From: Desulfobacterales bacterium
GTDB lineage: Bacteria > Desulfobacterota > Desulfobacteria > Desulfobacterales > UBA2174
Reading direction: 5' to 3'
DNA: 64,000 nucleotides
Assembly (NCBI GenBank): GCA_963668645.2
Contig: CAXXWC010000021.1
Location: forward strand, 448,001-512,000
Shown: in pieces, positions 19,136-29,202 of the stretch
How the letters are laid out: every line of letters begins with the position of its first letter
Position numbering within the stretch: the stretch's first letter is position 1
Notes under the pieces: model-generated
Told to the model about the DNA's origin: nothing
Seen by the model: only the letters and a program-made list of their open reading frames with translations
Databases searched by the model: none
Program-made: the position numbers and the translations under genes

Positions 19136-19900
19136 ATGCTCCTGGCCAAACGCATCTATCAGTTTCTCATCGTCTATGCCCTGGGCCTGGGTCTGCTGCT
19201 GGCCATCAAGTACAGCATGGGCCTTTCCAACTATGTGATCCCGGATCCGAGCCTGATCCGGCAGACCTTCGCCGAGGTCCATGGCCATTATTTCCACCAG
19301 ACCCTCAACACCCTCTATGTGGCGATTTTCGGCCAGTTCATATCCATATTCCTCGCCCTGGCCATCGGCATCATCGGGCGCCAGACCACCTGGTTCGGTT
19401 CCATCGTCAAAGTGGCGGCCTACAACGTCCAGGCCTATCCCATCGTGGCCCTGGCCCCGATCATCTTCATTCTGCTGGGGGACGGGTTTTTCACCCGCCT
19501 GACCATCGCGGCCATGATCTGCTATTTTCCGCTTTTGCTGGTGGTGCTCGGGGTGATGGGCCAGCCGGTCGGCGACATCGAACACTTCTACCGCATCACC
19601 GGACGCATGCGCTGGCAGCTGGAAGTCAAGATCCGCGTTTTCGAAAACCTGCACAAGCTCACCACAGTGGTGGCTGGCAGCGCCACCCTGGCCATGGCCG
19701 GCACCATCGTGGCCGAATTCATTGCCGCCAACGCCGGCATCGGCTACAGTATCCGCATCGCCCTGTATCAAAGCGACCTGGGGCGCATCCTGATCGCCCT
19801 GTTTCTCATCGGCATTTCCCTTTCAGTCTACCAGGGGCTCCTCGAGGGCGCCGGGGCCTGGGTGCGCGGCCGCTGGGAGCGTATGGAAGGAGGGATTTGA
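19136..19900 (+). CDS. ABC transporter permease (NitT/TauT-type)
   Basis: About six TM helices, YPIVALAP, IVAEFIAANAGIGY. Confidence 0.85.
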   Translation: MLLAKRIYQFLIVYALGLGLLLAIKYSMGLSNYVIPDPSLIRQTFAEVHGHYFHQTLNTLYVAIFGQFISIFLALAIGIIGRQTTWFGSIVKVAAYNVQAYPIVALAPIIFILLGDGFFTRLTIAAMICYFPLLLVVLGVMGQPVGDIEHFYRITGRMRWQLEVKIRVFENLHKLTTVVAGSATLAMAGTIVAEFIAANAGIGYSIRIALYQSDLGRILIALFLIGISLSVYQGLLEGAGAWVRGRWERMEGGI

Positions 19901-19903
19901 ATC

Positions 19904-20905
19904 ATGCCATCGATCCTGAGCAGGGCCGCCTGGCTGCCCCTGGCGGTGATCCTGCTGCTGGCAAGCGGCACCGGCCCCGGCAACGCCAGGGCGGCAGAAG
20001 CGGTCACCTATCGGCTCAAGTGGCTGTTCAACAGCAGCGTAGCCGGGGATCTCTACGCACGGGACCGGGGATTTTTCACTGCCCAGGGACTCGATGTGAA
20101 CGTCAAGGCCGGAGGCCCTGAACGCGACGCCATCAAGGAGCTGGAACTCAACCAGGCCCAGTTCGGGGTCGCCTCGGCCGACCAGGTACTGCGCGCCCTG
20201 GACAAGGGGGCCCGGGTGGCGGTGATCGCCCAGATTTTCCAGGTCAACCCCTTGCAGTGGATCTACCGGGCCGACCGCCCCCCCATCGACGACCTATCCC
20301 GGCTGCGCGGTTTGACCATCGGCATCACTTACGGCGGCAACGACGAAACCATCATGCGCACCCTGCTGGCCATGGCCGATCTGGGCGAAAAAGACGTCAC
20401 TCTTTTCAGCGTGCGCTATGATTTTACCCCCTTTTACCAGCGCCGGGTGGACATCTGGCCGATGTACCGCAACAGCCAGGGGATCGTGATCGCCCAGCGC
20501 ATGGAAAAAGCCGGAGAAAAGGTGCGCTTTTTCAACCCGGCCGATTTCGAGGTCCGTTTCGTAGCCAACTCGGTGGTCACCCACCAGCGGCTCGTCGACG
20601 AGCGGCCGGAACTGGTAAACCGCTTTGTCCGTGCCCTGCTGGCCGGCTGGCAGAGCGCCCTGGCCGAAGCCAACCAGTCCCAAGCTCTGGAAACCATCGC
20701 GCGCCACGACAAGGAGACCCCGCCCGACCTGATGGCTCGCCAGTTGGCCGTCACCCGCCAACTGGTGCGCCCTGCATCCGATTTTCCCGTGGGCCGCATC
20801 GATGTGGAAGCGTGGCGCCAGACCGAGGCGATCATGCGCGAACAGAAGCTCATCAAAGGGCCGGTGAACGTCACCGCGCACCTCTATCCGCCCGAAGGTT
20901 TTTGA
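19904..20905 (+). CDS. ABC substrate-binding protein, NMT1/THI5-like
   Basis: Signal peptide, LKWLFN, ARDRGFFTAQGLDV, AQIFQVNP, PELVNRFVRA. Confidence 0.85.
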   Translation: MPSILSRAAWLPLAVILLLASGTGPGNARAAEAVTYRLKWLFNSSVAGDLYARDRGFFTAQGLDVNVKAGGPERDAIKELELNQAQFGVASADQVLRALDKGARVAVIAQIFQVNPLQWIYRADRPPIDDLSRLRGLTIGITYGGNDETIMRTLLAMADLGEKDVTLFSVRYDFTPFYQRRVDIWPMYRNSQGIVIAQRMEKAGEKVRFFNPADFEVRFVANSVVTHQRLVDERPELVNRFVRALLAGWQSALAEANQSQALETIARHDKETPPDLMARQLAVTRQLVRPASDFPVGRIDVEAWRQTEAIMREQKLIKGPVNVTAHLYPPEGF

Positions 20906-20929
20906 AGACATCTCTCTCTGGGACGTGCC

Positions 20930-22054
20930 GTGGATCTTTTCAGGCCCCATGCCCCAGGCCAGGAGCCGCCCGCACCCGTGGACCGCTACGGCAGTTATCA
21001 AGAGCTTTGCCGCAATGAGCAGGAGGGGCACGATTTTGTGATTCTGACCAAGACGGGCACCTCGCCCCTGGTGGTCATGGCGCCCCACGGGGGCGGAATC
21101 GAGCCGGGCACCGTGGACCTGGCCCATGCCGTGGCCGGCTCCGACCATGCCTTTTACGCCTTCAAGGGGATCAAGCCCAAGGGCAACACCGCCCTGCACA
21201 TCACCTCCAATCGCTTCGACGAACCGCGCGCTCTGCGCATGGCGCGCCGCGCCGAATGGGTTCTGACGATCCACGGCTGCCAGGAATCCGAAGCGGTGAT
21301 CTTTGTGGGCGGACGGGATGTTCAACGCCGTGCCATCATCCGGGATGCCTTGCGCAACGCGGGTTTCAGCGCCGAAGAGAGTCTGCGGCCCGGGCTGCGG
21401 GGCATCAATCCGAACAATATCTGCAACCGCGGCTACAGCGGCCGGGGGGTTCAGCTGGAACTGAGCGATGGATTGCGGCGCCAGCTTTTCGACAACCTGA
21501 GACGGCGCCGCGGGCGGCGCAAGACCGATCTGTTCTACCGCTTCGCCAACACGATGCGCCGATGCCTGGCCCCCATGGCCCCGGCCTCCCGTCCCCTTTC
21601 CCATCCCCACGCGGCACTGCCCGTCGACTGGCGCACGGCCGAAGCCGAAACCGACCGGCTCAAGGCCCTCATGGTGCGCGCCATCGTTTTCATGGAAGAA
21701 CAGTCGATCCCCTTCGCCCTGGAAATCGATGCCTTCGAGGACCGGGCGGTCCATGTCCTGGGCCAGCTGGAAGCAGAACCGGTGGCCGCCGCCCGCCTGC
21801 ATTTTGCCGAGGGGTGGGCCAAGCTGGAACGCATCGCGGTGCGCCGGGCCTTCAGGGGGCGGGGCCTGGCCCATGAACTGATCGATTTTATGCTCCGGGT
21901 GGCCGCGTCTCACGGCTACCGGCGCTTTCGCCTCCACGCCCAGGCTCATCTTTGCGATCTGTACCAGGAACACGGGTTCACGGCCTGCGGCGACCCCTTC
22001 ATGGAAGCGGGCATCCAACACGTCCTGATGATCCGCGAGGACCGAACGCCATGA
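20930..22054 (+). CDS. Poly-gamma-glutamate hydrolase (PghP/DUF867-like) fused to an ElaA/YjcF-type GNAT
   Basis: APHGGGIEPGT, HITSNRFDEP, IHG, NICN, GVQLE; then RAIVFMEEQ, RIAVRRAFRGRGLA, LHAQ, FMEAGIQHVLM; alternative GTG start at 20978. Confidence 0.85.
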   Translation: MDLFRPHAPGQEPPAPVDRYGSYQELCRNEQEGHDFVILTKTGTSPLVVMAPHGGGIEPGTVDLAHAVAGSDHAFYAFKGIKPKGNTALHITSNRFDEPRALRMARRAEWVLTIHGCQESEAVIFVGGRDVQRRAIIRDALRNAGFSAEESLRPGLRGINPNNICNRGYSGRGVQLELSDGLRRQLFDNLRRRRGRRKTDLFYRFANTMRRCLAPMAPASRPLSHPHAALPVDWRTAEAETDRLKALMVRAIVFMEEQSIPFALEIDAFEDRAVHVLGQLEAEPVAAARLHFAEGWAKLERIAVRRAFRGRGLAHELIDFMLRVAASHGYRRFRLHAQAHLCDLYQEHGFTACGDPFMEAGIQHVLMIREDRTP

Positions 22055-22974
22055 CCAAAGGAGCGATCCGGCCGCGCTACCTGCACCCTGCCAACGCCGC
22101 CGATCTGCCCCAGCGCGCGGCCCGGGCCATGAAGGCCCTGGAAGCCTGCCGCCTTTGTCCGCGCGCCTGCGGGGTCAACCGTTTAAAAGGTGAAATCGGC
22201 CTTTGCGGGGCCGGCGCCGAGGCCCGGGTGGCCAGCTACGGCCCCCACTTCGGCGAGGAGCGCCCCCTGGTGGGACGCAACGGATCAGGCACGATTTTTT
22301 TCAGCCACTGCAATCTGCGCTGCAACTTTTGCCAGAATTACGAAATCAGCCATCTTGGCCAAGGTCGCCACGCCACTGCGCAACAGCTGGCCGCCATCAT
22401 GCTGGCCCTCCAGGATATGGGCTGCCACAATATCAACCTGGTCACCCCTTCCCACCTGGTGCCCCAGATCCTGGCGGCCCTGGTCCTGGCCGCCGTCAAG
22501 GGCCTGTCGCTGCCGCTGGTTTACAACAGCGGCGGCTATGACAGCCCGGCGACCTTGGCGCTGCTCGATGGGGCGGTGGATATCTATATGCCGGATTTCA
22601 AATTCTGGGATGCCAGGATAGCCGAACAGACTTGCCAGGCGCCGGACTACCGGCAGCGGGCCTGTGCGGCCATCGCCGAAATGCACCGCCAGGTGGGTGA
22701 TCTTGTGGTGGGCGACGAAGGTCTGGCGTACCAGGGTTTGCTGCTGCGCCATCTGGTGCTGCCCGGGGATGCGGCCGGCACCTCGAGGGTCATGGGTTGG
22801 GTGGCACGGCAGGTCTCGAGGGCCACCTATGTCAATGTCATGGGTCAATACCGTCCCTGCGGGCAGGCCGGTGACGTGCCGTCCCTGGGGCGGCGGCCCC
22901 GGAGCGACGAGATCCACGCTGCCGTGGCGGCGGCCCGGGCTGCCGGCCTGGAGCGCCTGGACGGCTGGCACTGA
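22051..22974 (+). CDS. pflX: Radical SAM protein, PflX-like
   Basis: CRLCPRACGVNR, HFGEE, GSGTIFF, CNLRCNFCQN, DIYMPDFK, RHLVLPG. Confidence 0.85.
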   Translation: MTKGAIRPRYLHPANAADLPQRAARAMKALEACRLCPRACGVNRLKGEIGLCGAGAEARVASYGPHFGEERPLVGRNGSGTIFFSHCNLRCNFCQNYEISHLGQGRHATAQQLAAIMLALQDMGCHNINLVTPSHLVPQILAALVLAAVKGLSLPLVYNSGGYDSPATLALLDGAVDIYMPDFKFWDARIAEQTCQAPDYRQRACAAIAEMHRQVGDLVVGDEGLAYQGLLLRHLVLPGDAAGTSRVMGWVARQVSRATYVNVMGQYRPCGQAGDVPSLGRRPRSDEIHAAVAAARAAGLERLDGWH

Positions 22975-23002
22975 AGCCTGCCAGGCAGTGCTGGGATGCC
23001 GC

Positions 23003-23647
23003 TCAGGGTGCGAGCTTGAGCCGGTCCCCGGGGTGAATGGTCGCGCCGGGCTTCAGGTTGTTGATTTTGAGCAGTGCCTCGACGGTGATTCCCGCACCGC
23101 GGCTGATGCTGTAAAGCGTATCGCCCGCCTTGACGGTATGAAGGCGCGCCGGGGACTTTTCCGGCTGGGGCTTGGCCGGAGTCGTGGAGACAGCCGGTTT
23201 GGGCTTCGGTGCAGGTGGGGCGGCAGCACTTGCAGCAGGACGTTCCTTGATCTGCCGCTCCATGAGTCCGATCCGTTCGGAGAAGGTCGCCTCGCTGCGA
23301 TCCAGGCGCTGCAGCAAACGGTCCACCTTGACTTGGAGCGCCTCTATGTCCATAGCCGTTTCGGGCCGCTTTTCCAAGGCCGCCAGGCGTTGCTGGATGG
23401 CGGCCAGTTCGGATTCGATGCGTGCCAGATCCGGCGCACCGGGCTTGTCGGAGCCGCCCACCAATCGGAAAATCCCGAACAGCGCCAGCACCAGCAGCAC
23501 GAAAAGCGCCACCAGCACCAATGGCCGCTCCATCAATTGCCGGGCGAAACCATCCAAGGAATTTTGGCGCAGGACCGAATACCCGGGCGCTTCGACATCC
23601 ATTCCCACATCGGCCGCTTCCTCTTCCTGCTTTTCCCTCCACTCCAT
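23003..23647 (-). CDS. Membrane-anchored coiled-coil LysM-domain protein
   Basis: One TM helix, coiled coil, Pro/Ala/Lys linker, C-terminal HTVKAGDTLYSIS..L.KINNL..IHPGDRL. Confidence 0.85.
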   Translation of the reverse strand: MEWREKQEEEAADVGMDVEAPGYSVLRQNSLDGFARQLMERPLVLVALFVLLVLALFGIFRLVGGSDKPGAPDLARIESELAAIQQRLAALEKRPETAMDIEALQVKVDRLLQRLDRSEATFSERIGLMERQIKERPAASAAAPPAPKPKPAVSTTPAKPQPEKSPARLHTVKAGDTLYSISRGAGITVEALLKINNLKPGATIHPGDRLKLAP

Positions 23648-23807
23648 GTTCTGACTCCTTGTCCGCAGACTTGATCGGCGAGACGCCCGGGCGGGCGCCA
23701 CTCGCGCAATCGTCGGCCTTCTGATCGCTTTCGATACCTGCTGTGGTCTATTGCCAGAGCTTAGGTGAAAGCACGCCCGCCTTCAAGCCCTTTTCACGGC
23801 AAAGCCT

Positions 23808-23836
23808 TTGACCTGGCCTCTAAAGCGGACTATGTT
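23808..23836 (+). promoter_or_regulatory. sigma70-type promoter
   Basis: TTGACC-17 bp-TATGTT upstream of ATG 23883. Confidence 0.45.
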
Positions 23837-23882
23837 TTTTTGTTTTGGATCATGGATGTGACAAATTTCAAGGAGCTGCCCC

Positions 23883-25082
23883 ATGCTCAACGATCGCCAA
23901 TGCCAACGCTACGCCGAAGTGATGCTCTGGGCCCTGCAAACGGCCCGCCGGGGCCGCTTTCGCCGGGGCAACATCGTGGCCCTGCGCTTCGGCCTGCCCG
24001 CCCTGCCCCTGGCCGAAAGGATTTTCGAGGGGTTGATCGAAAAAGGCCTCAATCCGGTGCTGCGGCCTCTGCCCAGTGCCCACATGGAACGGGCTTTCTA
24101 CCAGCGGGCCAACCGGCGCCAGCTCGTCTTCATCCCGCCCGGTGAAGAAACGCTCTACCGGCACCTTAACGGCAGCATCTTCATCCACGCCCCGGAGTCC
24201 TTGACCCATTTGCAGGGTGTGGCCCCCGAGCGGATCGGGCGCACCAGCCTGTCGCGCAAACCGCTCAAGGACATCCTGGACCGGCGCGACGAGGCCGGCG
24301 ACTTCGGCTGGACCCTTTGCGCCTGGCCCACCGCCGAGGCCGCAGCCAAGGCCGGCCTGGATCTGGAAGCCTACGCCCGGCAGATCGTAAGGGCCTGTTT
24401 TCTCGACCGGGCCGATCCGGTGGGCCGGTGGCGCGAGATCCTGCGCCAGGCCGCCGCAGTCAAGCGATGGCTGGACGCTTTGCCCGTGCGCAGCTTGCAC
24501 GTGACCTCGGCCCACTGCGACCTGGAAATCGTTCCGGGGGCCCAGCGGCGCTGGTTGGGGCTGAGCGGCCACAATATTCCGAGCTTTGAAATTTTCATCT
24601 CGCCGGACTGTCGCGGCACCCGAGGCCGTTACTATGCCGATCAACCCTCTTTCCGCAGTGGCAACCGCGTTGCCGGCGTGCACCTGCGCTTCGAGCGCGG
24701 CCGGGCCGTCGAGGCCGGGGCCGAACAGGGGGAGGCTTTTCTCGCACAACAGATGGCCACGGATCCCGGAGCCTGCCGCCTGGGGGAGTTCTCCCTGACC
24801 GATCGGCGCTTTTCAAAGATCGACCGCTTTATGGCCAGCACCCTTTTCGACGAAAACTTCGGCGGCCGCCAGGGCAATTGCCACGTGGCCCTGGGCTCGG
24901 CCTACACGGACAGCTTTGCCGGTGATCCGGCCGAACTGACCGGAGCCCGGCGCCGGGCCCTGGGCTTCAACGATTCGGCCATCCACTGGGATCTGGTCAA
25001 CACCGAGGCCAAAGAGGTCGAAGCCCGCCTGAGCACCGGCCGGACCGTGGTCATTTACCGCAACGGAGAGTTTCAGTGTTGA
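23883..25082 (+). CDS. Aminopeptidase, M29 (AmpS/AmpT) family
   Basis: NIPSFEIF, LGEFSL, TLFDEN, HVALG, NDSAIHWDLV. Confidence 0.85.
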   Translation: MLNDRQCQRYAEVMLWALQTARRGRFRRGNIVALRFGLPALPLAERIFEGLIEKGLNPVLRPLPSAHMERAFYQRANRRQLVFIPPGEETLYRHLNGSIFIHAPESLTHLQGVAPERIGRTSLSRKPLKDILDRRDEAGDFGWTLCAWPTAEAAAKAGLDLEAYARQIVRACFLDRADPVGRWREILRQAAAVKRWLDALPVRSLHVTSAHCDLEIVPGAQRRWLGLSGHNIPSFEIFISPDCRGTRGRYYADQPSFRSGNRVAGVHLRFERGRAVEAGAEQGEAFLAQQMATDPGACRLGEFSLTDRRFSKIDRFMASTLFDENFGGRQGNCHVALGSAYTDSFAGDPAELTGARRRALGFNDSAIHWDLVNTEAKEVEARLSTGRTVVIYRNGEFQC

Positions 25083-25085
25083 TTT

Positions 25086-25580
25086 TCAGGCTTTGCCGAT
25101 GTCTTCGGGCGAGAGGTTGGACAGATACTCGGCCCATTTTTTCCCCTCTTCGGTCTGGTCCAGGACTTCGGCCTCTGACTGATCGCGCTGGGATTTTTCG
25201 ATGACCTGATCGTCCACGTAGATGGGTGCCTCAAAACGCAGGGCCATGGCGATGGCATCGCTGGGCCGCGCATCCATGACGAATTCGCCGGCGTTTTCCC
25301 CGGCAAAATGGATCCGGGCGTAATAGGTGTTGTCCCGGATGTCGCAGACCTCGACGCGCCTGACGGCGATCCCCACCTGTTTGAGAAAATTCTTGAAAAG
25401 ATCATGGGTCATGGGCCGTTCGAAGGCCACATCCTTGAGCACCGAGGCGATGGAGGTCGCTTCGAGCAGTCCGATCCAGATGGGGACCACGTGTTCCTCG
25501 GTCTCGGTTTTGAGGATAATGATGGGGGTGTTGGACGCTGGATCCATGGCCATTCCGGCGATGATCACTTTATGCAGCAT
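25086..25580 (-). CDS. Bifunctional nuclease (DUF151) family protein
   Basis: PIWIGLLEATSI, RPMTHDL, DARPSDAIAMALR. Confidence 0.9.
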   Translation of the reverse strand: MLHKVIIAGMAMDPASNTPIIILKTETEEHVVPIWIGLLEATSIASVLKDVAFERPMTHDLFKNFLKQVGIAVRRVEVCDIRDNTYYARIHFAGENAGEFVMDARPSDAIAMALRFEAPIYVDDQVIEKSQRDQSEAEVLDQTEEGKKWAEYLSNLSPEDIGKA

Positions 25581-26973
25581 GGCAGGCCTCTAAGGGTGCG
25601 GCAGCCGGCCCCAGGCAGGTGCCGCGCAGGCTGTGGGCAAAGGCTTCCTCGATCCGCACCGGCCAAAGTGCGCCCAGGCACCCATCGATGGGCCCGACAT
25701 CCGGCGGAGCGGTGAAATTGACGATCTTGTTGCCCGGGGTACGCCCCATCCACTGAACCGCATCGCCCGGCCCCGCTGCGGCGCTATCGGCGCGTTTGCT
25801 GCCGCCTTCCACCAGGACCTCCTGGACACTGCCCACCAGGGCTTGTTGCAGCGAAAGACCGATTTGTGCCTGGCGATCGAGAAGGGTCGCAAGGCGCCGG
25901 CGCTGCACCGGGGCCGGCACCTTGCCGGGAAACCGGACGGCCGGGGCCGGGGGCCGGTCGGAGTACTTGAAGGCGAACAACCCGTCGTAGCGCACCGTTT
26001 CCACCAGGTCGAGGGTCTGGGCGAAATCGTCCTCGGTTTCGCCGGGAAAGCCGACGATGATATCCGAGGTCAAAGCGATTCCCGGGCGGGCCTCCCGCAG
26101 CCGCGCCACCCGATCGAGATAGGTCTGCCGATCGTAGCGCCGGTTCATGCGCTTGAGGATCCGGTCACTGCCCGACTGCACCGGCAGATGGATGTGGGGA
26201 CAAAGGGTCTCGATCCTGGCAAAGGCCCGGATCAGGTCGTCCGAAAGGTCCTTGGGGTGGGAGGTGGTGAACCGCAGGCGCGCCAGCCCCTTGACGGCGG
26301 CCACCTCGGCCAGCAGCTCGGCGAAAGTGCACCAGCCTTCCTTGATCCCGTAACTGTTCACGTTCTGGCCCAGCAGGGTCACCTCGCGAACCCCGGCCGC
26401 CACCAGATCCCGCACCTCGCCGACGATCTGCTCCGGCCGCCGGCTGACCTCGCGCCCGCGCACGTATGGCACCACACAGTAGGCGCAGTAGTTGTCGCAT
26501 CCTTGCATCACGGTGACAAAGCGGGTGACGCTGCCTTGGATCACGGCCCGGCCTGGCGCCTCGAACTCGATCAACCCCTCGACCATGGCCACATCCACCA
26601 CCGGGGCCCGGCCGGCTTCCATCTGCCGCACCAGATCGGGCAGCCGCCCGACGGCCTGGGTGCCGAAAACCAGATCCACATAGGGCGCCCGCCGCAGCAT
26701 ACGGGCCCCGGCCTGCTGGGCCACACAGCCGCCCACGGCGATGCGCAGTCCGGGCTTCTGGCGCTTGAGCCCGGCCAGACGGCCCAGCAGGCTGTAGACC
26801 TTCTGTTCCGCCTTTTCCCGGATGGCGCAGGTATTGACGATCACCAGATCGGCGCTTTCGGGCGAGTCTGTCGGCCGGTATCCTCGGGCCATCAAGCCGT
26901 TGGCCATCACGTCGGCGTCGTAGACATTCATCTGGCAGCCGATGGTCTGGATATGGAAAAGCTTTTCACTCAT
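25570..26973 (-). CDS. miaB: tRNA methylthiotransferase MiaB
   Basis: TIGCQMNVYD, NTCAIREKAEQK, GCDNYCAYCVVP, LLGQNVNSY, C-terminal TRAM domain. Confidence 0.95.
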   Translation of the reverse strand: MSEKLFHIQTIGCQMNVYDADVMANGLMARGYRPTDSPESADLVIVNTCAIREKAEQKVYSLLGRLAGLKRQKPGLRIAVGGCVAQQAGARMLRRAPYVDLVFGTQAVGRLPDLVRQMEAGRAPVVDVAMVEGLIEFEAPGRAVIQGSVTRFVTVMQGCDNYCAYCVVPYVRGREVSRRPEQIVGEVRDLVAAGVREVTLLGQNVNSYGIKEGWCTFAELLAEVAAVKGLARLRFTTSHPKDLSDDLIRAFARIETLCPHIHLPVQSGSDRILKRMNRRYDRQTYLDRVARLREARPGIALTSDIIVGFPGETEDDFAQTLDLVETVRYDGLFAFKYSDRPPAPAVRFPGKVPAPVQRRRLATLLDRQAQIGLSLQQALVGSVQEVLVEGGSKRADSAAAGPGDAVQWMGRTPGNKIVNFTAPPDVGPIDGCLGALWPVRIEEAFAHSLRGTCLGPAAAPLEACHAA

Positions 26974-27214
26974 CAAATCTATTTTCTTTCGTGTCAGGCA
27001 GCGATGTCAAGGGGACCATCATGATCTGGGTACTCAGATCAGCAACCAGGGAATCGATCAAAGGCAGGCACCCGGGGGCGATGAAAAGCCGCACGATGCC
27101 TTGGGCAGGATCTACGGTAGTCAGGCCGGCGGCACCGTCGTAAGCCTCGATGATAAAGCGCAGGAAGGCGATCTGGCGCCGGTCGACACGGTAATGGCGA
27201 ACAATGGTCTTCAT
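26966..27214 (-). CDS. DUF4911-like small protein
   Basis: VDRRQIAFLRFIIEAYDG..TTVDP; overlaps the miaB start. Confidence 0.7.
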   Translation of the reverse strand: MKTIVRHYRVDRRQIAFLRFIIEAYDGAAGLTTVDPAQGIVRLFIAPGCLPLIDSLVADLSTQIMMVPLTSLPDTKENRFDE

Positions 27215-27396
27215 CCATATGGGTTGTGGCCGCGGGCGCCGAAATCCGGCCCGTCGGGCACCGAGGCCTTCATAGCGTAACGCATTCGGCTTTTGCAATG
27301 GAAAATCGGTGTTTGGATGCAATTCGAGCCGCAGCCGATCGCTGCGGGACCAATCGGTCTTTGCTTTTAGCCGCACCTGTTGCTATAGGCATCGAC

Positions 27397-29109
27397 ATGC
27401 AACCTCGCTGGCATCTTGAGCGCCCGGAACCGGGCGCCGTCGAAAGTCTGTGCAAAAAACTCGGTCTGCCCTCCCCGGTGGCCGCCGTGCTGGTCAACCG
27501 CGGAATCGTCGCGCCGGCTGACGCCTTTTCCTTTTTGCAGCCCGAACTGGCCCATCTTCCCCCGCCCGGTAAGCTCGACGGGCTCGATCAGGCCGCCGCC
27601 AGGGTGGGAGAGGCCGTGTGCCGGGGAGAAAAGATCCTCGTTTTTGCCGACTACGACGTCGACGGCGTCACCTCCGCCGCACTCTTGCGCGAGTTTCTCG
27701 CTCAGACCGGAGCCCAGGTCCAGGTCTATATTCCCGATCGCTTCCACGATGGCTACGGGCTTCAACCGCGCCACGTCACAGAGGTGGCGGCCCGCGACGG
27801 CTGCCGCCTGATCCTGACGGCGGACTGCGGGGCCACCAGCCATGCGGCCGTGCGGGCCGCGGCGGACCTGGGCATCGACGTGGTAGTCACCGATCATCAC
27901 CAGCCCTCTGACGAGCCGCTGGCGGCCGCGGCCCAGGTCAACCCCTGCCGGGACGCCCCCGGCTCCCCGCTGGCACCGCTTGCCGGGGTGGGGGTGGCCT
28001 TCTACCTGACCATCGGGCTGCGCGCCTACCTGCGCCGGATCGGATTCTGGGATCGGCATCCCGAACCCAACCTGCGCCGCCTGCTGGATCTGGTGGCCAT
28101 CGGCACGGTGGCCGACATGGTGCCCCTTACCGGCGTCAACCGGGTTCTGGTGCATGCCGGCCTGGAAGTGATGCGCAGCCAGCCGCGCCCCGGCATCGAG
28201 GCCCTGATGGCGGTGAGCGCCGTTTCGCTCGAACGGATCACCAGTACAGAGATCGCCTTTCGCCTGGCCCCGCGCCTCAACGCGGCCGGACGCCTGGCCC
28301 ACGCCGACCTGGCCCTGGACCTGCTTTGCGCCGTCGATGAGCAATCGGCCAAAGCCCTTGCCGCCCGTCTGGACGACTTGAACTTCGAGCGGCGCCACCT
28401 GGAAAGCCAGATCGTCGAAGAGGCCGCAGCCCGTTTGCAGGCCACTGCTGCCGACCGCCATGCCCTGGTGGTCGCCGGTTCCGATTGGCACCCCGGGGTG
28501 GTCGGGATCGTGGCCAGCCGGCTGGCGCGTCTTTTTCACCGCCCCTCAGTGGTCCTGAGCAACCGGGACGGTATGCTCAAAGGATCGGCCCGCAGCATCG
28601 CCGGCGTCAATATTTACCAGGCCCTTGAACATGCCGCATCCCACCTGACCGCTTTCGGCGGCCATCCCATGGCCGCGGGGCTCCAGTTGACGCCCGAAAA
28701 CCTCGAAGCCTTCACCCTGGAACTTGAACAAACCGTGGCGCGTCTGTTTCCGCCGTCGGTTTTTGTCCCCACCCTTTGTCTGGATGCCGAACTCGATCTT
28801 CACCAGGTCACACCCGCTTTCATGGACCATCTGGCCGCGCTGGAGCCTTTCGGCAGCGCCAACCCCGAACCGTTGTTCTGCACCAGCCGCGTTCAGGTCG
28901 CGGATCGGCGCCTCGTGGGGCAGCGCCACCTTAGCCTGACCTTGTGCCAGCAGGGGCCTGCGCCGGCCTCCCGCATCCAGGCCATCCACTTCAATGCCGA
29001 CCGGTCCGCACCCATCGGAGAAACGCTGGCACGGCTCGCTTTCCGGCCGCGCTGGAACCATTGGAACGGCCGGCGCAAGATCCAGTTGGTCATCGCTGAA
29101 ACGGCATGA
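27397..29109 (+). CDS. recJ: ssDNA exonuclease RecJ
   Basis: DYDVDGVTS, TDHH, GVGVAF, GTVADMVPL, PRLNAAGRL, GSARS, FGGHPMAAG, LEPFG. Confidence 0.95.
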   Translation: MQPRWHLERPEPGAVESLCKKLGLPSPVAAVLVNRGIVAPADAFSFLQPELAHLPPPGKLDGLDQAAARVGEAVCRGEKILVFADYDVDGVTSAALLREFLAQTGAQVQVYIPDRFHDGYGLQPRHVTEVAARDGCRLILTADCGATSHAAVRAAADLGIDVVVTDHHQPSDEPLAAAAQVNPCRDAPGSPLAPLAGVGVAFYLTIGLRAYLRRIGFWDRHPEPNLRRLLDLVAIGTVADMVPLTGVNRVLVHAGLEVMRSQPRPGIEALMAVSAVSLERITSTEIAFRLAPRLNAAGRLAHADLALDLLCAVDEQSAKALAARLDDLNFERRHLESQIVEEAAARLQATAADRHALVVAGSDWHPGVVGIVASRLARLFHRPSVVLSNRDGMLKGSARSIAGVNIYQALEHAASHLTAFGGHPMAAGLQLTPENLEAFTLELEQTVARLFPPSVFVPTLCLDAELDLHQVTPAFMDHLAALEPFGSANPEPLFCTSRVQVADRRLVGQRHLSLTLCQQGPAPASRIQAIHFNADRSAPIGETLARLAFRPRWNHWNGRRKIQLVIAETA

Positions 29110-29116
29110 TTTTTCC

Positions 29117-29145
29117 TTGCAATCGCCCCCCCCGCACATTATGAT
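29117..29145 (+). promoter_or_regulatory. sigma70 promoter with a C8 tract in the spacer
   Basis: TTGCAA-17 bp-TATGAT; spacer includes CCCCCCCC (29126-29133). Confidence 0.55.
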
Positions 29146-29202
29146 GCGCACAAAAAATCCGCTCGTCCAACGTCGTTAAGAGCGTGTGAAAGGTAAATCT
29201 TC

